Part shown: positions 8,706 to 19,035 of the stretch, one piece after another
Layout of the letters: every line of letters starts with the position of its first letter
How positions within the stretch are numbered: position 1 is the first letter of the stretch
Source: Nitrospinota bacterium
GTDB taxonomy: Bacteria; Nitrospinota; Nitrospinia; UBA9942
Assembly: GCA_003489165.1 (NCBI GenBank)
Contig: DNJG01000077.1
Span: forward strand, 1-38,201
Reading direction: 5' to 3'
DNA length: 38,201 nucleotides
Position numbers and translations under genes: made by a program
The notes under the pieces: model-generated
Databases searched by the model: none
The model's input: the letters and a program-made list of their open reading frames with translations, nothing else
Told to the model about the DNA's origin: nothing

Positions 8706-9485
8706 TTATTTTATAACTCCCCTCTGTGATTTTTCTATAAATTCAATGAGATGGTTTATCTCTGCACCACCTTCAATTTCTTTCTTTATAGTTTCTACTG
8801 CCTGAGAGATATTAAATCCTGATTGATAAAGCAGCTTAAAAGACTTTTTTAAGCTATCCCTTGTCTTTGGCGTAATTCCACCTCTTCTCAAACCAATCGT
8901 ATTCAAACCTATAAGTTCAGCGGGATTTCCCTCCACTAAAAAATATGGAGGAACATCCTTTACAACCCTTGACATCCCGCCTATCATTGACATACTTCCA
9001 ATCTTTACAAATTGATGGATTCCAGCAGCACCGCCTATTACAGCTTTATCTTCCACAACTACATGCCCTGATAGCCCTGCATAGCTTGTAATAATGGTAT
9101 CATTCCCAATCTGACAGTCATGAGCAATATGGGCATAAGTCATTATATAATTGTTATCTCCAACCACCGTTGCCCCATTTTCTTTCATAGAGCGGTGAAT
9201 TGTTACAAACTCCCTTATAATATTGTTATTGCCTATCTTTACATAGGATGGGCAGTCATTATGTTTTAAGACTTGAGGGGTGCCGCCTAAAACTACACCC
9301 TGAGAAATCTTACAGCCTGTCCCTATCTCAACCCAATCCAGACATACATGAGAGTCTATCTCAGCATTGTTTCCAATTATAACATGCTCTCCGATTACTG
9401 CAAATGGTCCTATCTTTACATTTTCCCCTATCTTTGCATCTTTATGGACAACTACTGTTCTATGCATGCTGTTCACTATGTTCAA
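8706..9485 (-). CDS. lpxA: Acyl-ACP--UDP-N-acetylglucosamine O-acyltransferase
   Basis: 259 aa. Long left-handed beta-helix hexapeptide repeats (IGENVKIGPFAVIGEHVIIGNNAEI...) and a C-terminal helical domain with GLNTIGLRRGG. An alternative start at Met7 (9467) is possible. Confidence 0.9.
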   Translation of the reverse strand: MNIVNSMHRTVVVHKDAKIGENVKIGPFAVIGEHVIIGNNAEIDSHVCLDWVEIGTGCKISQGVVLGGTPQVLKHNDCPSYVKIGNNNIIREFVTIHRSMKENGATVVGDNNYIMTYAHIAHDCQIGNDTIITSYAGLSGHVVVEDKAVIGGAAGIHQFVKIGSMSMIGGMSRVVKDVPPYFLVEGNPAELIGLNTIGLRRGGITPKTRDSLKKSFKLLYQSGFNISQAVETIKKEIEGGAEINHLIEFIEKSQRGVIK

Positions 9486-9535
9486 TTTTTACATGATTGT
9501 AGCTTAAAAATCAAGAACAAAGGGATAAAATGGAC

Positions 9536-9564
9536 TTGAAAAATTGTATGAAGTAGCATACTAT
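9536..9564 (+). promoter_or_regulatory. Candidate sigma70-type promoter for folE (TTGAAA - 17 nt - TACTAT)
   Basis: TTGAAA at 9536-9541 and TACTAT at 9559-9564, in the 116-nt divergent lpxA/folE spacer. Sequence resemblance only. Confidence 0.3.
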
Positions 9565-9601
9565 AAAATAAATTCGTATAAATTTAAAATTTTGGGATAA
9601 A

Positions 9602-10156
9602 GTGTTTTATATGAAAAATATTATTAAAGAACTTTTAATAAACCTCGGTGAAGACCCTGAAAGGGATGGACTAAAAAGGACCCCTGAGAGGGTTGAGAAA
9701 TCGTTGGGATTTCTGACAGAGGGATATGGAAAAGACATAAAAAAGATAGTAGAGAAGGCTGTCTTTGAGGAAAAATGTGATGAGATGGTGATATTGAAGG
9801 ATATTGATATCTTTAGCATGTGTGAACATCACCTGCTCCCTTTTTATGGTAAGTGCCATGTTGCATATATTCCCGATGGGAGGATAATTGGTTTGAGTAA
9901 GATACCCCGTATAATAGAGGTCTTCAGCAGGAGGCTTCAGGTTCAGGAGAGATTGACAAACCAGATTGCAGAATGCCTTACGGATGCCCTGAAACCAAAA
10001 GGAGTGGCTGTTGTTATTGAGGCGCTGCACCTGTGTATGTGTATGAGGGGAGTAGAAAAGCAGAATGCCATAACAATAACAAGCTCAATGCTCGGTGTTT
10101 TTAAGAGAGATTCAAGGACACGGATGGAATTTATGGGTTTCATAAAAGGAAGGTAA
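9602..10156 (+). CDS. folE: GTP cyclohydrolase I (FolE type 1)
   Basis: 184 aa. Motifs [30 protein letters not shown] and [10 protein letters not shown]. The tracked start is a GTG at 9602; the ATG at 9611 is an equally plausible start. Confidence 0.92.
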   Translation: MFYMKNIIKELLINLGEDPERDGLKRTPERVEKSLGFLTEGYGKDIKKIVEKAVFEEKCDEMVILKDIDIFSMCEHHLLPFYGKCHVAYIPDGRIIGLSKIPRIIEVFSRRLQVQERLTNQIAECLTDALKPKGVAVVIEALHLCMCMRGVEKQNAITITSSMLGVFKRDSRTRMEFMGFIKGR

Positions 10157-10158
10157 AA

Positions 10159-10629
10159 ATGGACATAAAAAAAATCCTTTTTGTCTGCACGGCAAATATA
10201 TGCAGGAGCCCAATGGCTGAGACCATTCTGAAAGAAAAGCTCAAAAACAGTGGCATGGCAGATATATCGGTCTCTTCGGCAGGGCTCATGGATATGAAGG
10301 GCGGAAAGGCAAGGGAGGAGGCACTAAAAATAATAGGAGGGCTTGGAGTTGATATATCAGAACACAGGTCAAGGCATCTCGCGGGGGAGATGGTAAAAGA
10401 TGCTGATTTGATAATTGTCATGGAGTCAGACCATAGGGATAAGATACTGAGTGAATATTCTGAAGTAAAAGGCAAGGTTTTTTTATTGAGCAGTTTTGGA
10501 AATCAAAAAGGGATGGAGACCGATATTGCAGATCCTTATGGCGGTTCTATCTTTAATTACAGGGTGGCCTTCAGGGATATAAACTTTCATATAGAAGGAC
10601 TTATGAGGTATTTAAGGGGATTACCCTGA
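10159..10629 (+). CDS. Low-molecular-weight protein-tyrosine phosphatase
   Basis: 156 aa. P-loop ILFVCTANICRSPMAE (C-X5-R-S) and the general-acid DP motif (IADPYG). Confidence 0.85.
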   Translation: MDIKKILFVCTANICRSPMAETILKEKLKNSGMADISVSSAGLMDMKGGKAREEALKIIGGLGVDISEHRSRHLAGEMVKDADLIIVMESDHRDKILSEYSEVKGKVFLLSSFGNQKGMETDIADPYGGSIFNYRVAFRDINFHIEGLMRYLRGLP

Positions 10630-10866
10630 TAGATTTTTAAACTTTTCTAAACATTTATTGCTGCAGAAATAAACTGTCTTCCCTCCTATGACTTCCTTGA
10701 CTGCATCTGATTCAGGGATATAAATATTACAGACAGGGTCCTTCATCATGTTTTCACCTGCAAGTCCTTTTGAATTTTCTTTTTTTACAGATGGAGAGTG
10801 TTGGAGTGATTTCCTGATTGTGTAAATAATTAAAAATAGCAATATTAAAACTATTATCTGTCTCAT
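10621..10866 (-). CDS. YHS/TRASH-domain small membrane protein
   Basis: 81 aa. N-terminal TM helix, then DPVCNIYIPESDAVKEVIGGKTVYFCSNKCLEKF, which fits the YHS pattern (DPVC...YFCS..C..F). Confidence 0.7.
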   Translation of the reverse strand: MRQIIVLILLFLIIYTIRKSLQHSPSVKKENSKGLAGENMMKDPVCNIYIPESDAVKEVIGGKTVYFCSNKCLEKFKNLSG

Positions 10867-10976
10867 CTGTTTTTATTTGCGAATTTTCAAAAGCTTCCAG
10901 CCTAAAATTTAGAAGATTGTATAAAAGATTATTGTGTGATAGTATATCATAAAATCATTTAATAATCAGGGATTAA

Positions 10977-11052
10977 GCGGGCGTAGCTCAGTTGGTAGAG
11001 TGTCAGCTTCCCAAGCTGAATGTCGCGGGTTCGAGTCCCGTCGCCCGCTCCA
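10977..11052 (+). tRNA. tRNA-Gly (anticodon CCC), CCA encoded
   Basis: Hand-folded cloverleaf. Acceptor GCGGGCG/CGCCCGC, D arm GCTC-AGTTGGTA-GAGT, anticodon stem TCAGC/GCTGA with loop TTCCCAA, T arm GCGGG-TTCGAGT-CCCGT, then discriminator T and CCA. 76 nt. Confidence 0.93.
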
Positions 11053-11057
11053 AAAAT

Positions 11058-11151
11058 CAGTGAACAGTGACCAGTGCTCAGTACACAGTAAAAAATGAAT
11101 TTTAAATTCTGACTACTGACCACTGATTACTAACTACTGACCACTGTAACT
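11058..11151. repeat. Inverted pair of heptamer arrays (CAGTGAA CAGTGAC CAGTGCT CAGTACA CAGTAAA ... TGACTAC TGACCAC TGATTAC TAACTAC TGACCAC TGTAACT)
   Basis: 5 units at 11058-11092 and 6 units at 11110-11151, ending exactly at the PHP gene ATG. Starts 6 nt after the tRNA-Gly. Confidence 0.9.
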
Positions 11152-12027
11152 ATGTATGCTGATTTGCATATTCATACGACCTATTCTGACGGTTCTTTCC
11201 CGCCTGCCGTAATTATTCGTCATGCTGTAAGAAATAATCTTAAAATCATATCTATTACAGATCACGATTCAGTAGATGGTATTGCAGCCTCAATTGAGGA
11301 AGGGGAGAAAAGTGGTGTTGAGGTTATACCCGGGATTGAGATCAGTACGACTGTAGATACTGGAGAGATACATATACTCGGTTATTTTATTGATTATACA
11401 GATGAGTATTTTTTGAAAAGCCTGAAGAGGATTCAGGAGATAAGGGTTAAAAGGATGTCTGTAATGGTTGATAAATTGAAAACGGTGGCAGTAGATATTG
11501 ATTTTGATGAGCTTATTGGATATGTCTCAAATAATTCAATCTGTAGACTCCATTTAGCCCATTTTTTAAAAAAGAAGGGATTTGTAAGCTCTGTATATGA
11601 GGCATTTGATAGGTATATCGGTTCTGGAAAACCTGCATATGAAAAGATGAATGCGCTCACCCCAGAGGAGGGAATAGAGCTTATATCAAACGCAGGCGGA
11701 ATTTCTGTTCTGGCACATCCCGGGCTTACAAGAAGGGATGACCTTATAGATGTTATGATTTATGCAGGTCTTAGGGGGTTGGAGGTTTATCACAGCGGGC
11801 ATTCCGAAGAGGATACGAACCGCTATTTTCAAATGACAAAGGATAAAGGGCTTTTGGTGACAGGCGGCTCTGACTGCCACGGCGAGAAAAAACTCAATAT
11901 AATGATGGGAAGGGCAAAACTTCCGATTCAATATGTGGACAGATTGAAGGATGAGGTATCAAATATTAAATTCATAAATCAAAATGAAAACATTAAAGGC
12001 ATGTCTCAGAGTTCAAAGACAATTTAA
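11152..12027 (+). CDS. PHP-domain metal-dependent phosphoesterase (TrpH/YciV-like)
   Basis: 291 aa. Motifs DLHIHTTYSDG, ITDHD, LAHPG and GGSDCHG are typical of the PHP family. Confidence 0.85.
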   Translation: MYADLHIHTTYSDGSFPPAVIIRHAVRNNLKIISITDHDSVDGIAASIEEGEKSGVEVIPGIEISTTVDTGEIHILGYFIDYTDEYFLKSLKRIQEIRVKRMSVMVDKLKTVAVDIDFDELIGYVSNNSICRLHLAHFLKKKGFVSSVYEAFDRYIGSGKPAYEKMNALTPEEGIELISNAGGISVLAHPGLTRRDDLIDVMIYAGLRGLEVYHSGHSEEDTNRYFQMTKDKGLLVTGGSDCHGEKKLNIMMGRAKLPIQYVDRLKDEVSNIKFINQNENIKGMSQSSKTI

Positions 12028-14053
12028 TCTTTGGTTTTTATTATTTCTGCTTTTTATATCGCCCCCCCCAGTTTACCCTTCAAATACAGATATCCTTCAG
12101 CCTGAGAATAATGCTTTTACGCTTGCAAAAGGTCTTTATAATGATGGATTGTTTGACTTGTCTGCAAAACAATTTAATCTCTTTATAAAAGATTATCCTG
12201 ACAGCCAATTAATTTCAGATGCCTATTTCTATTCAGCAGAAGGATTATATAAGGCAGAGAGATATAACAAGGCAGTTTTACAGTATGGGAAAATATTAGA
12301 GATGTTTCCTGATTTTTTAAAATCGGATGATGTTATTAAAAGGATAGGAGAGTGTTCTAAATATATTGAAGAAGGTGAGACAGTAATTAAAGTCTTTGAA
12401 ATAATATTTGAGAGGTATCCGGAAAAAGGTTATTCCAGTGGTGCTGCATACTATTATGCAAACATCCTTTATAAAAGACAGAGATACAATGAATCACTCT
12501 GGATATTTGAGAGGCTTGCTGAGAAGATACCCCATGGTGTCCCGGAAGATGAGCTTTATTATAAATTAGGGGAGTGTCTATATAGGACCGGAGATTTAAG
12601 GTTGGCATCGGAGAAGTGGTTTCATGTAATAAAGAAATATCCAAAGTCAAATTTAACAGAGAGTGCCCTATATAATTTGGGTGTCCTGTATTTTGCAGAG
12701 GGGGATTATAAGGAGTCAAGGGTGAGATTTGAAAAATTAGCAAATAGCTATCCCAAAAGCAGTCTCTATGTCAGGGCTGTATATGGTGTTGTTTGGTCTC
12801 TGTGGAGGGAGGAGATGTATAAAGAGGCAGGGCAGTATCTCATGGCTTATGAAGAAAAAGAGGGTGCTTATGAGAGAGATATTGTTTCTGCTATGGAGTT
12901 TTTAAATGGAGAGAACTTTGCGGGTGCATATGATAAATTAAAAAAAACTATTGAAGACAGACCTGATGGTAAGTTTAAAGAAGATATTCTGTGGCTTATG
13001 GTGAAAAGCACTGATGAGATGGGAAATTTAAAAGAATCTCTATCGATTTACCTCCAATTGATAAACGAGTTTCAGGGTAGTAAGCGTATTGGTGAGGCAT
13101 ATATAAATGCAGGAAAGGTATATCTTGATTTAAAGGATTTGAATTCCGCAGTGAATATTTTAAAAACCTATACCGAGAAATATCCTTCTGCTGACCTCAA
13201 CTTTGGTAAAAGTGAAGGGAGGGAGGACTTATGGGATATTATCCAAAGTGCTGATAATTATCTGAAATCAGGTGAAGATGATGAGGCAGTAGTTTTGTAT
13301 AAGGAATTGCTTGAGAATACTTCTGAACCTCTTTTGAAGCTGTTAATAAAAAATAAATTGAAAGATATTTATCTTAAAAAGGGTATATATAAGGAATATG
13401 TTGAACTCTCCTCTTATTTTATGGATTATGAGCCTGTGATAATGGAAGAGGAGAAAAAAAATTTTATCACTGAAAACGATGAAAAGTATAAAAAAATAAA
13501 TGTGTCCTCTGCGCCCTCTGTGGCAGAAGGTTCAGGTGCAATTTCTTTATATATGACTGCCGATATATTGGCAAAATCAGGAAAGATTGATAAGGCTTCT
13601 GAGTTTTTTAAGAGGGTCATTGATGATTATCCCAATGAAAAAGGATTTGATGCCGAGAGGGTAAACATAGGACTTTTCTTTTTGAAAGAAAAGGAGTATG
13701 ATTTATCAATAAAATCTTTTTCTCAGGTTATAAACAGTGTAGAGGACAATAAACTTAAGGCTGAGGCGCATTTCTGGTTAGGAGAAGCTTTACAAAATTC
13801 AGGAAGATTGGAGGATGCAATTATAGAATATCTTAAGATTTCCTATTTATATCCTGATAATGATATGTGGACAGGGACTGCAAGGTTTAGAGTAGGGGAG
13901 ATATTTGAAATGCAGGGGAGAATAGATGAGGCAGTCCTTATGTATCAAAAACTTGCAGTAAAGTATAAGAATGACGAAAGAGGTAGGTTTGCTGTAAAAA
14001 AATTAGAGGAGATAAAAAAAGGCAAGAATCAGGAGGCAAGCATTAAAAAATAG
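11984..14053 (+). CDS. Secreted or periplasmic tetratricopeptide-repeat protein (YbgF/BamD-like TPR architecture)
   Basis: 689 aa. Hydrophobic signal-like N-terminus (WFLLFLLFISPPPVYP) and many 34-aa TPR-like units (A.Y..A..LY....Y..A...F..I...YP.S). Overlaps the PHP gene by 44 nt. Confidence 0.75.
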   Translation: MKTLKACLRVQRQFNLWFLLFLLFISPPPVYPSNTDILQPENNAFTLAKGLYNDGLFDLSAKQFNLFIKDYPDSQLISDAYFYSAEGLYKAERYNKAVLQYGKILEMFPDFLKSDDVIKRIGECSKYIEEGETVIKVFEIIFERYPEKGYSSGAAYYYANILYKRQRYNESLWIFERLAEKIPHGVPEDELYYKLGECLYRTGDLRLASEKWFHVIKKYPKSNLTESALYNLGVLYFAEGDYKESRVRFEKLANSYPKSSLYVRAVYGVVWSLWREEMYKEAGQYLMAYEEKEGAYERDIVSAMEFLNGENFAGAYDKLKKTIEDRPDGKFKEDILWLMVKSTDEMGNLKESLSIYLQLINEFQGSKRIGEAYINAGKVYLDLKDLNSAVNILKTYTEKYPSADLNFGKSEGREDLWDIIQSADNYLKSGEDDEAVVLYKELLENTSEPLLKLLIKNKLKDIYLKKGIYKEYVELSSYFMDYEPVIMEEEKKNFITENDEKYKKINVSSAPSVAEGSGAISLYMTADILAKSGKIDKASEFFKRVIDDYPNEKGFDAERVNIGLFFLKEKEYDLSIKSFSQVINSVEDNKLKAEAHFWLGEALQNSGRLEDAIIEYLKISYLYPDNDMWTGTARFRVGEIFEMQGRIDEAVLMYQKLAVKYKNDERGRFAVKKLEEIKKGKNQEASIKK

Positions 14054-14063
14054 GAGGATTTAG

Positions 14064-14345
14064 ATGCGCTTGAAGGAAGATATGATTAATTATGTATCAA
14101 CAATGATCGTTGATGATTTATTAAAAAATGGACTTATAGAGATAGATTGTGCAAAGGAAAAGATTGTTGACTCAATTGGGAAAATAATTACTGATGAACT
14201 GTTATTGGAAGACCGGCTTAATGACGAAGTAAAAGAATTACTTAAGAGCCATGAGATGGAGTTGGACAAAGGGAATATAGACTACAGGAGGATGTTTCAG
14301 ATGGTAAAACAAAAGCTGGCAAAGGAGAGGGGGATGGTATTGTGA
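14064..14345 (+). CDS. Small conserved protein, DUF507-like (paralog 1)
   Basis: 93 aa. Good SD (AGGAGG) upstream. Clearly paralogous to the next ORF (MRLKEDMINYVS... vs MRLGRDKINHLS...). Family name is recalled from memory and was not searched. Confidence 0.6.
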   Translation: MRLKEDMINYVSTMIVDDLLKNGLIEIDCAKEKIVDSIGKIITDELLLEDRLNDEVKELLKSHEMELDKGNIDYRRMFQMVKQKLAKERGMVL

Positions 14346-14620
14346 GATTGGGCAGGGATAAAATAAATCATCTTTCAAAATTAATTATTACAGAACTGGC
14401 AGGAGATGACAGGGTAGAGTTCTTTGATGAGGAGAATAAAATAAGATTAGAGATTGTAAGGGTTGTTACTGATGTTCTTAAAGTTGATGATGAGATTGAT
14501 GAGGCAGCAAGAAAGACATTGGCATCCTATTCAAAAAATATAAGAGAGGGGACACCTGAGTGGGAGGTATTATATAACAAGCATTATAATGAAGAGGCAA
14601 AAAAGAGGAGGGGATTTTAG
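14342..14620 (+). CDS. Small conserved protein, DUF507-like (paralog 2)
   Basis: 92 aa. GTG start overlapping the paralog 1 stop by 4 nt. Same length and charge pattern as paralog 1. Confidence 0.6.
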   Translation: MRLGRDKINHLSKLIITELAGDDRVEFFDEENKIRLEIVRVVTDVLKVDDEIDEAARKTLASYSKNIREGTPEWEVLYNKHYNEEAKKRRGF

Positions 14621-14720
14621 CCAAGAAGCAGTTATATTTTACAAATAAAATGATTTCCCTGCCCAAGTATCTAGCCATTTTCCAATTACAGAGATTCCTT
14701 GCAGATAGAAGGCAATATAA

Positions 14721-15830
<1,110 letters not shown>

Positions 15831-15875
15831 AGGCTGAAGAAAAACAAGATGAAGGTAAATCTCAAGCCTTTTTTT

Positions 15876-15910
15876 AGTGAAAGTCTGTGGCTTAAATAGG
15901 GTTTTAGATG
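15876..15910 (+). repeat. 35-nt leader copy (AGTGAAAGTCTGTGGCTTAAATAGGGTTTTAGATG) ending at the anmK start codon
   Basis: 32/35 identical to the minus-strand sequence of 8616-8650, which ends at the oxidoreductase ATG. Confidence 0.85.
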
Positions 15911-17068
15911 AAAAAGATTATAAAGGCAATTGGTTTAATGTCAGGGACATCGGCAGATGGTGTTGATGCTGCAATTGTAGAGATAAAAGGGAAGGGGCTT
16001 GACTATAAAGCAAGTCTAATAACCTTTAAAAAATTCCAGTTTTCAAAAGATTTAAGGGAGTTAATCCATAAAGTATCCACACCTGAATATGGAAGGGTAG
16101 ATTTAATTTGCCAATTGAATTTTTTGATAGGTGAGCTGTTTGCAAAGGCTGCAATAGGGGTTGTAAAAAAGGCAGGCTATAAGATGAGGGATATTGATTT
16201 AATAGGCTCACATGGGCAGACAATCTATCATATGCCCAAGGGGAAGCCCCCCTCAACTTTACAGATAGGCGAGCCTTCTGTTATTGCTGAGAGGACAGGT
16301 GTAACTACTATAGCTGATTTTAGAACAATGGATATAGCTGCTGGAGGGCTTGGTGCACCACTTACTCCATTTGCCCACTATATACTTTTCAGAAAAAGAT
16401 GGAGAGGAATAGCAGTCAATAATATTGGAGGCATAAGTAATGTAACATTTATCCCTGCTGGAGGGGATATAAATGATGTAATTGCCTTTGACACGGGGCC
16501 TGGAAATATGCTCATAGATTCTGTTATGCATATAATTACAAAAGGAAAATATGGGTATGATAAAAATGGTGAGATGGCAAGAAAAGGGAAGGATAGCGAG
16601 AGATTTCTGGAGAAACTTATGAAACATCCTTTTATAAAGGCACGACCACCAAAATCTACAGGTAGGGAGGAATTTGGTTATAATGAGGCATTGAAGTTTT
16701 ATAAATTTGCAAAGAGGGATAGGCTATCCGATGAAGATATTGTAGCAACTACAACAAGATTTACTGCGAAGTCAATTGTGGAAAATTATAAGAGATTCAT
16801 TTTATGCAAGCATGATGTATCAGAGGTTATTGTCTGTGGAGGCGGAGCAAAAAATCCTATTTTAATAGATATGATATCACGGGAGATAAAACCTATTAAA
16901 GTTAAAACATCCGATAGTTACGGCTTCCCTCCTGAAACAATCGAAGCAATAGTATTTGCTATTTTAGGATATGCTGCAATATCTGGCATCCCTGCAAATC
17001 TCCCTCATGTAACGGGAGCCGGGAAGCAGGTTGTTCTAGGGAAAATAATTCCCGCGAAGACAGGATAG
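15908..17068 (+). CDS. anmK: Anhydro-N-acetylmuramic acid kinase
   Basis: 386 aa. GLMSGTSADGVDAA N-terminus, FDTGPGN, and a C-terminal GG...GG ATPase-fold motif (VCGGGAKN). Confidence 0.9.
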   Translation: MKKIIKAIGLMSGTSADGVDAAIVEIKGKGLDYKASLITFKKFQFSKDLRELIHKVSTPEYGRVDLICQLNFLIGELFAKAAIGVVKKAGYKMRDIDLIGSHGQTIYHMPKGKPPSTLQIGEPSVIAERTGVTTIADFRTMDIAAGGLGAPLTPFAHYILFRKRWRGIAVNNIGGISNVTFIPAGGDINDVIAFDTGPGNMLIDSVMHIITKGKYGYDKNGEMARKGKDSERFLEKLMKHPFIKARPPKSTGREEFGYNEALKFYKFAKRDRLSDEDIVATTTRFTAKSIVENYKRFILCKHDVSEVIVCGGGAKNPILIDMISREIKPIKVKTSDSYGFPPETIEAIVFAILGYAAISGIPANLPHVTGAGKQVVLGKIIPAKTG

Positions 17069-17089
17069 AAGCATTAATTAAAAAATTTG

Positions 17090-17117
17090 TTGACAAAAAA
17101 AATATATTGTGTAAAAT
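17090..17117 (+). promoter_or_regulatory. Strong sigma70-like promoter upstream of rho (TTGACA - 16 nt - TAAAAT, TG-containing spacer end)
   Basis: Perfect -35 TTGACA at 17090-17095. TAAAAT at 17112-17117 is preceded by TGTG. It would give a ~160-nt leader before the rho ATG at 17285. Confidence 0.5.
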
Positions 17118-17284
17118 TAATCATAGTTAAGTTCCGCTTTAGCGGTTTAAACCTCTCATGAATATCCTGAACGCTGTACCGGGCTTGTTTAGGTATTATT
17201 TCAGGATATAATTAAAGCAAACCTTAAATGCTTCATATTTAACTTTCATGAGTTTAAAATCTTTTACCACATTATGGAGTTTCT

Positions 17285-18532
17285 ATGAATATTGCTGAAT
17301 TAAAGGATAAAACTATATCTGAGCTAAATACAATTGCTAAAGACCTTGGTGTTCAGGGTGCTTCAGGCTTGAGAAAGCAGGAGCTTATATTCAAGGTCAT
17401 TGAGGCTCAAACTGCAAAGAATGGACTTATTTTTGGCGAAGGAGTCCTTGAGATACTCCCTGACGGGTTTGGTTTCTTAAGGGCACCAAGCTATAATTAT
17501 CTGCCGGGCCCCGACGATATTTATGTATCGCCATCCCAGATAAGAAGGTTTGATATGAGGACAGGCGATACGGTATCTGGACAGGTAAGGCATCCGAAGG
17601 AGGGTGAGCGGTATTTTGCCCTCATTAAAGTTGAGGCAATAAATTTTGAAGACCCTGAGGCTGCAAAGGAGAAAATACTCTTTGATAATCTAACACCTCT
17701 CTATCCAATGGAGAGGGTAAGGCTTGAAGCAAATAATGGAGACCTTTCTACCCGTGTCCTTGACCTTGTAGACCCTATCGGTAAAGGGCAGAGGGGGTTG
17801 ATTGTTGCACCGCCAAGGACCGGAAAGACAATGCTCCTCCAGTCTATAGCGAATAGTATAACTGCCAATCATCCTGAGATTGTCCTGATAGTCTTACTTA
17901 TTGATGAAAGGCCTGAAGAGGTTACAGATATGCAGCGTTCAGTCAAGGGAGAGGTGGTAAGTTCTACCTTTGATGAGCCTCCACAGAGGCATGTTCAGGT
18001 GGCAGAGATGGTTATAGAGAAGGCTAAGAGACTTGTTGAGCATAAAAAGGATGTGGTTATTTTGTTGGACAGTATAACCCGTCTTGCAAGGGCATATAAT
18101 ACAATTGCCCCTCCAAGCGGGAAGGTGCTCTCAGGAGGTATAGACTCTAACGCCCTTCAGAGACCAAAGAGATTTTTTGGTGCTGCAAGAAATATAGAAG
18201 AGGGTGGAAGCCTTACAATTATTGCTACAGCCCTTGTTGATACAGGAAGCAGGATGGATGATGTTATATTTGAAGAATTTAAAGGAACAGGCAATATGGA
18301 AGTCCATCTTGACAGGAGACTTGTGGATAAGAGGATATTCCCTGCTATTGATATTCATGCTTCAGGGACAAGAAAAGAGGAGCTTTTACTGGCAAAAGAG
18401 GAATTGAACCGCATCTGGATACTTAGAAAGGTTTTACAGCCTCTCGGACCTGTGGAGAGCATGGAATTACTGCTTGAAAAGATGAGAGAGGCAAAGACCA
18501 ATAAGAAATTTTTAGAATCAATGAATGCATAA
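17285..18532 (+). CDS. rho: Transcription termination factor Rho
   Basis: 415 aa. N-terminal [18 protein letters not shown]-binding GFGFLR, Walker A APPRTGKT, and [11 protein letters not shown]. Confidence 0.97.
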   Translation: MNIAELKDKTISELNTIAKDLGVQGASGLRKQELIFKVIEAQTAKNGLIFGEGVLEILPDGFGFLRAPSYNYLPGPDDIYVSPSQIRRFDMRTGDTVSGQVRHPKEGERYFALIKVEAINFEDPEAAKEKILFDNLTPLYPMERVRLEANNGDLSTRVLDLVDPIGKGQRGLIVAPPRTGKTMLLQSIANSITANHPEIVLIVLLIDERPEEVTDMQRSVKGEVVSSTFDEPPQRHVQVAEMVIEKAKRLVEHKKDVVILLDSITRLARAYNTIAPPSGKVLSGGIDSNALQRPKRFFGAARNIEEGGSLTIIATALVDTGSRMDDVIFEEFKGTGNMEVHLDRRLVDKRIFPAIDIHASGTRKEELLLAKEELNRIWILRKVLQPLGPVESMELLLEKMREAKTNKKFLESMNA

Positions 18533-18540
18533 TTTAGTTT

Positions 18541-18619
18541 CAGTGGACAGTGTCAGTGTCAGTAAATTTGGATATATATATTTTTCTTTTACTGACACTA
18601 TTCACTGAAACTGTCACTC
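18541..18619. repeat. Inverted pair of 6-7-nt arrays (CAGTGGA CAGTGT CAGTGT CAGTAAA ... TTACTGACACTATTCACTGAAACTGTCACTC)
   Basis: rho-rpmE spacer. Cores CAGTG/CACTG are complementary and the loop is AT-rich. Confidence 0.85.
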
Positions 18620-18635
18620 TTTAAAGGGAGGAAAA

Positions 18636-18872
18636 ATGAAAGAGAGAATTCATCCGAAGTATGTAGAAGCTACAATTAGCTGTGCCTGTGGTGCAGTATA
18701 TAAAACAAAAACCACAGTAGGGAATATGTCAGTCGAAATATGCTCCAATTGTCATCCTTATTTTACGGGGAAACAAAAACTTATTGATACTGCGGGAAGA
18801 GTGGAGAAGTTTCATAAAAAGTATAAAAGGATTAAGAAAGCAGAAACGACACCCGCTGAAACAACTGCATGA
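18636..18872 (+). CDS. rpmE: 50S ribosomal protein L31 (Cys-containing, zinc-binding type)
   Basis: 78 aa. IHPKY, C-x-C and CSNCHPYFTGKQK motifs. Strong SD GGGAGG upstream. Confidence 0.93.
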   Translation: MKERIHPKYVEATISCACGAVYKTKTTVGNMSVEICSNCHPYFTGKQKLIDTAGRVEKFHKKYKRIKKAETTPAETTA

Positions 18873-18892
18873 TTGTAAATTAAATGAAAATT

Positions 18893-19028
18893 CGAAATAC
18901 GAATATCGAAATCCGAAACAAATTTAAAACTCAAATGGCAGAAATCCAAAACCCCATACTGTCAGCTTGTTTTGGTATTTAGATTTTGGTCATTGTTTCT
19001 AATTTCGTACTTTGAAATTCGGATTTCT
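18893..19028. repeat. Large nested palindrome: outer heptamer arrays (CGAAATA CGAATAT CGAAATC CGAAACA ... TTTCTAATTTCGTACTTTGAAATTCGGATTTC) and an inner pair (AAATCCAAAACC ... GTTTTGGTATTTAGATTTTGG)
   Basis: rpmE-prfA spacer. The right arm overlaps the spurious TTG-initiated extension of the prfA ORF. Confidence 0.8.
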
Positions 19029-19035
19029 AAAGTGT

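Noticed and set aside
15831-15875. Rho-independent terminator after tgt (AGGCT ... AGCCT followed by TTTTTTT)
   Set aside because: Only a 5-bp stem with a ~30-nt loop can be drawn, which is too weak to call. The T-run may simply belong to the leader repeat.
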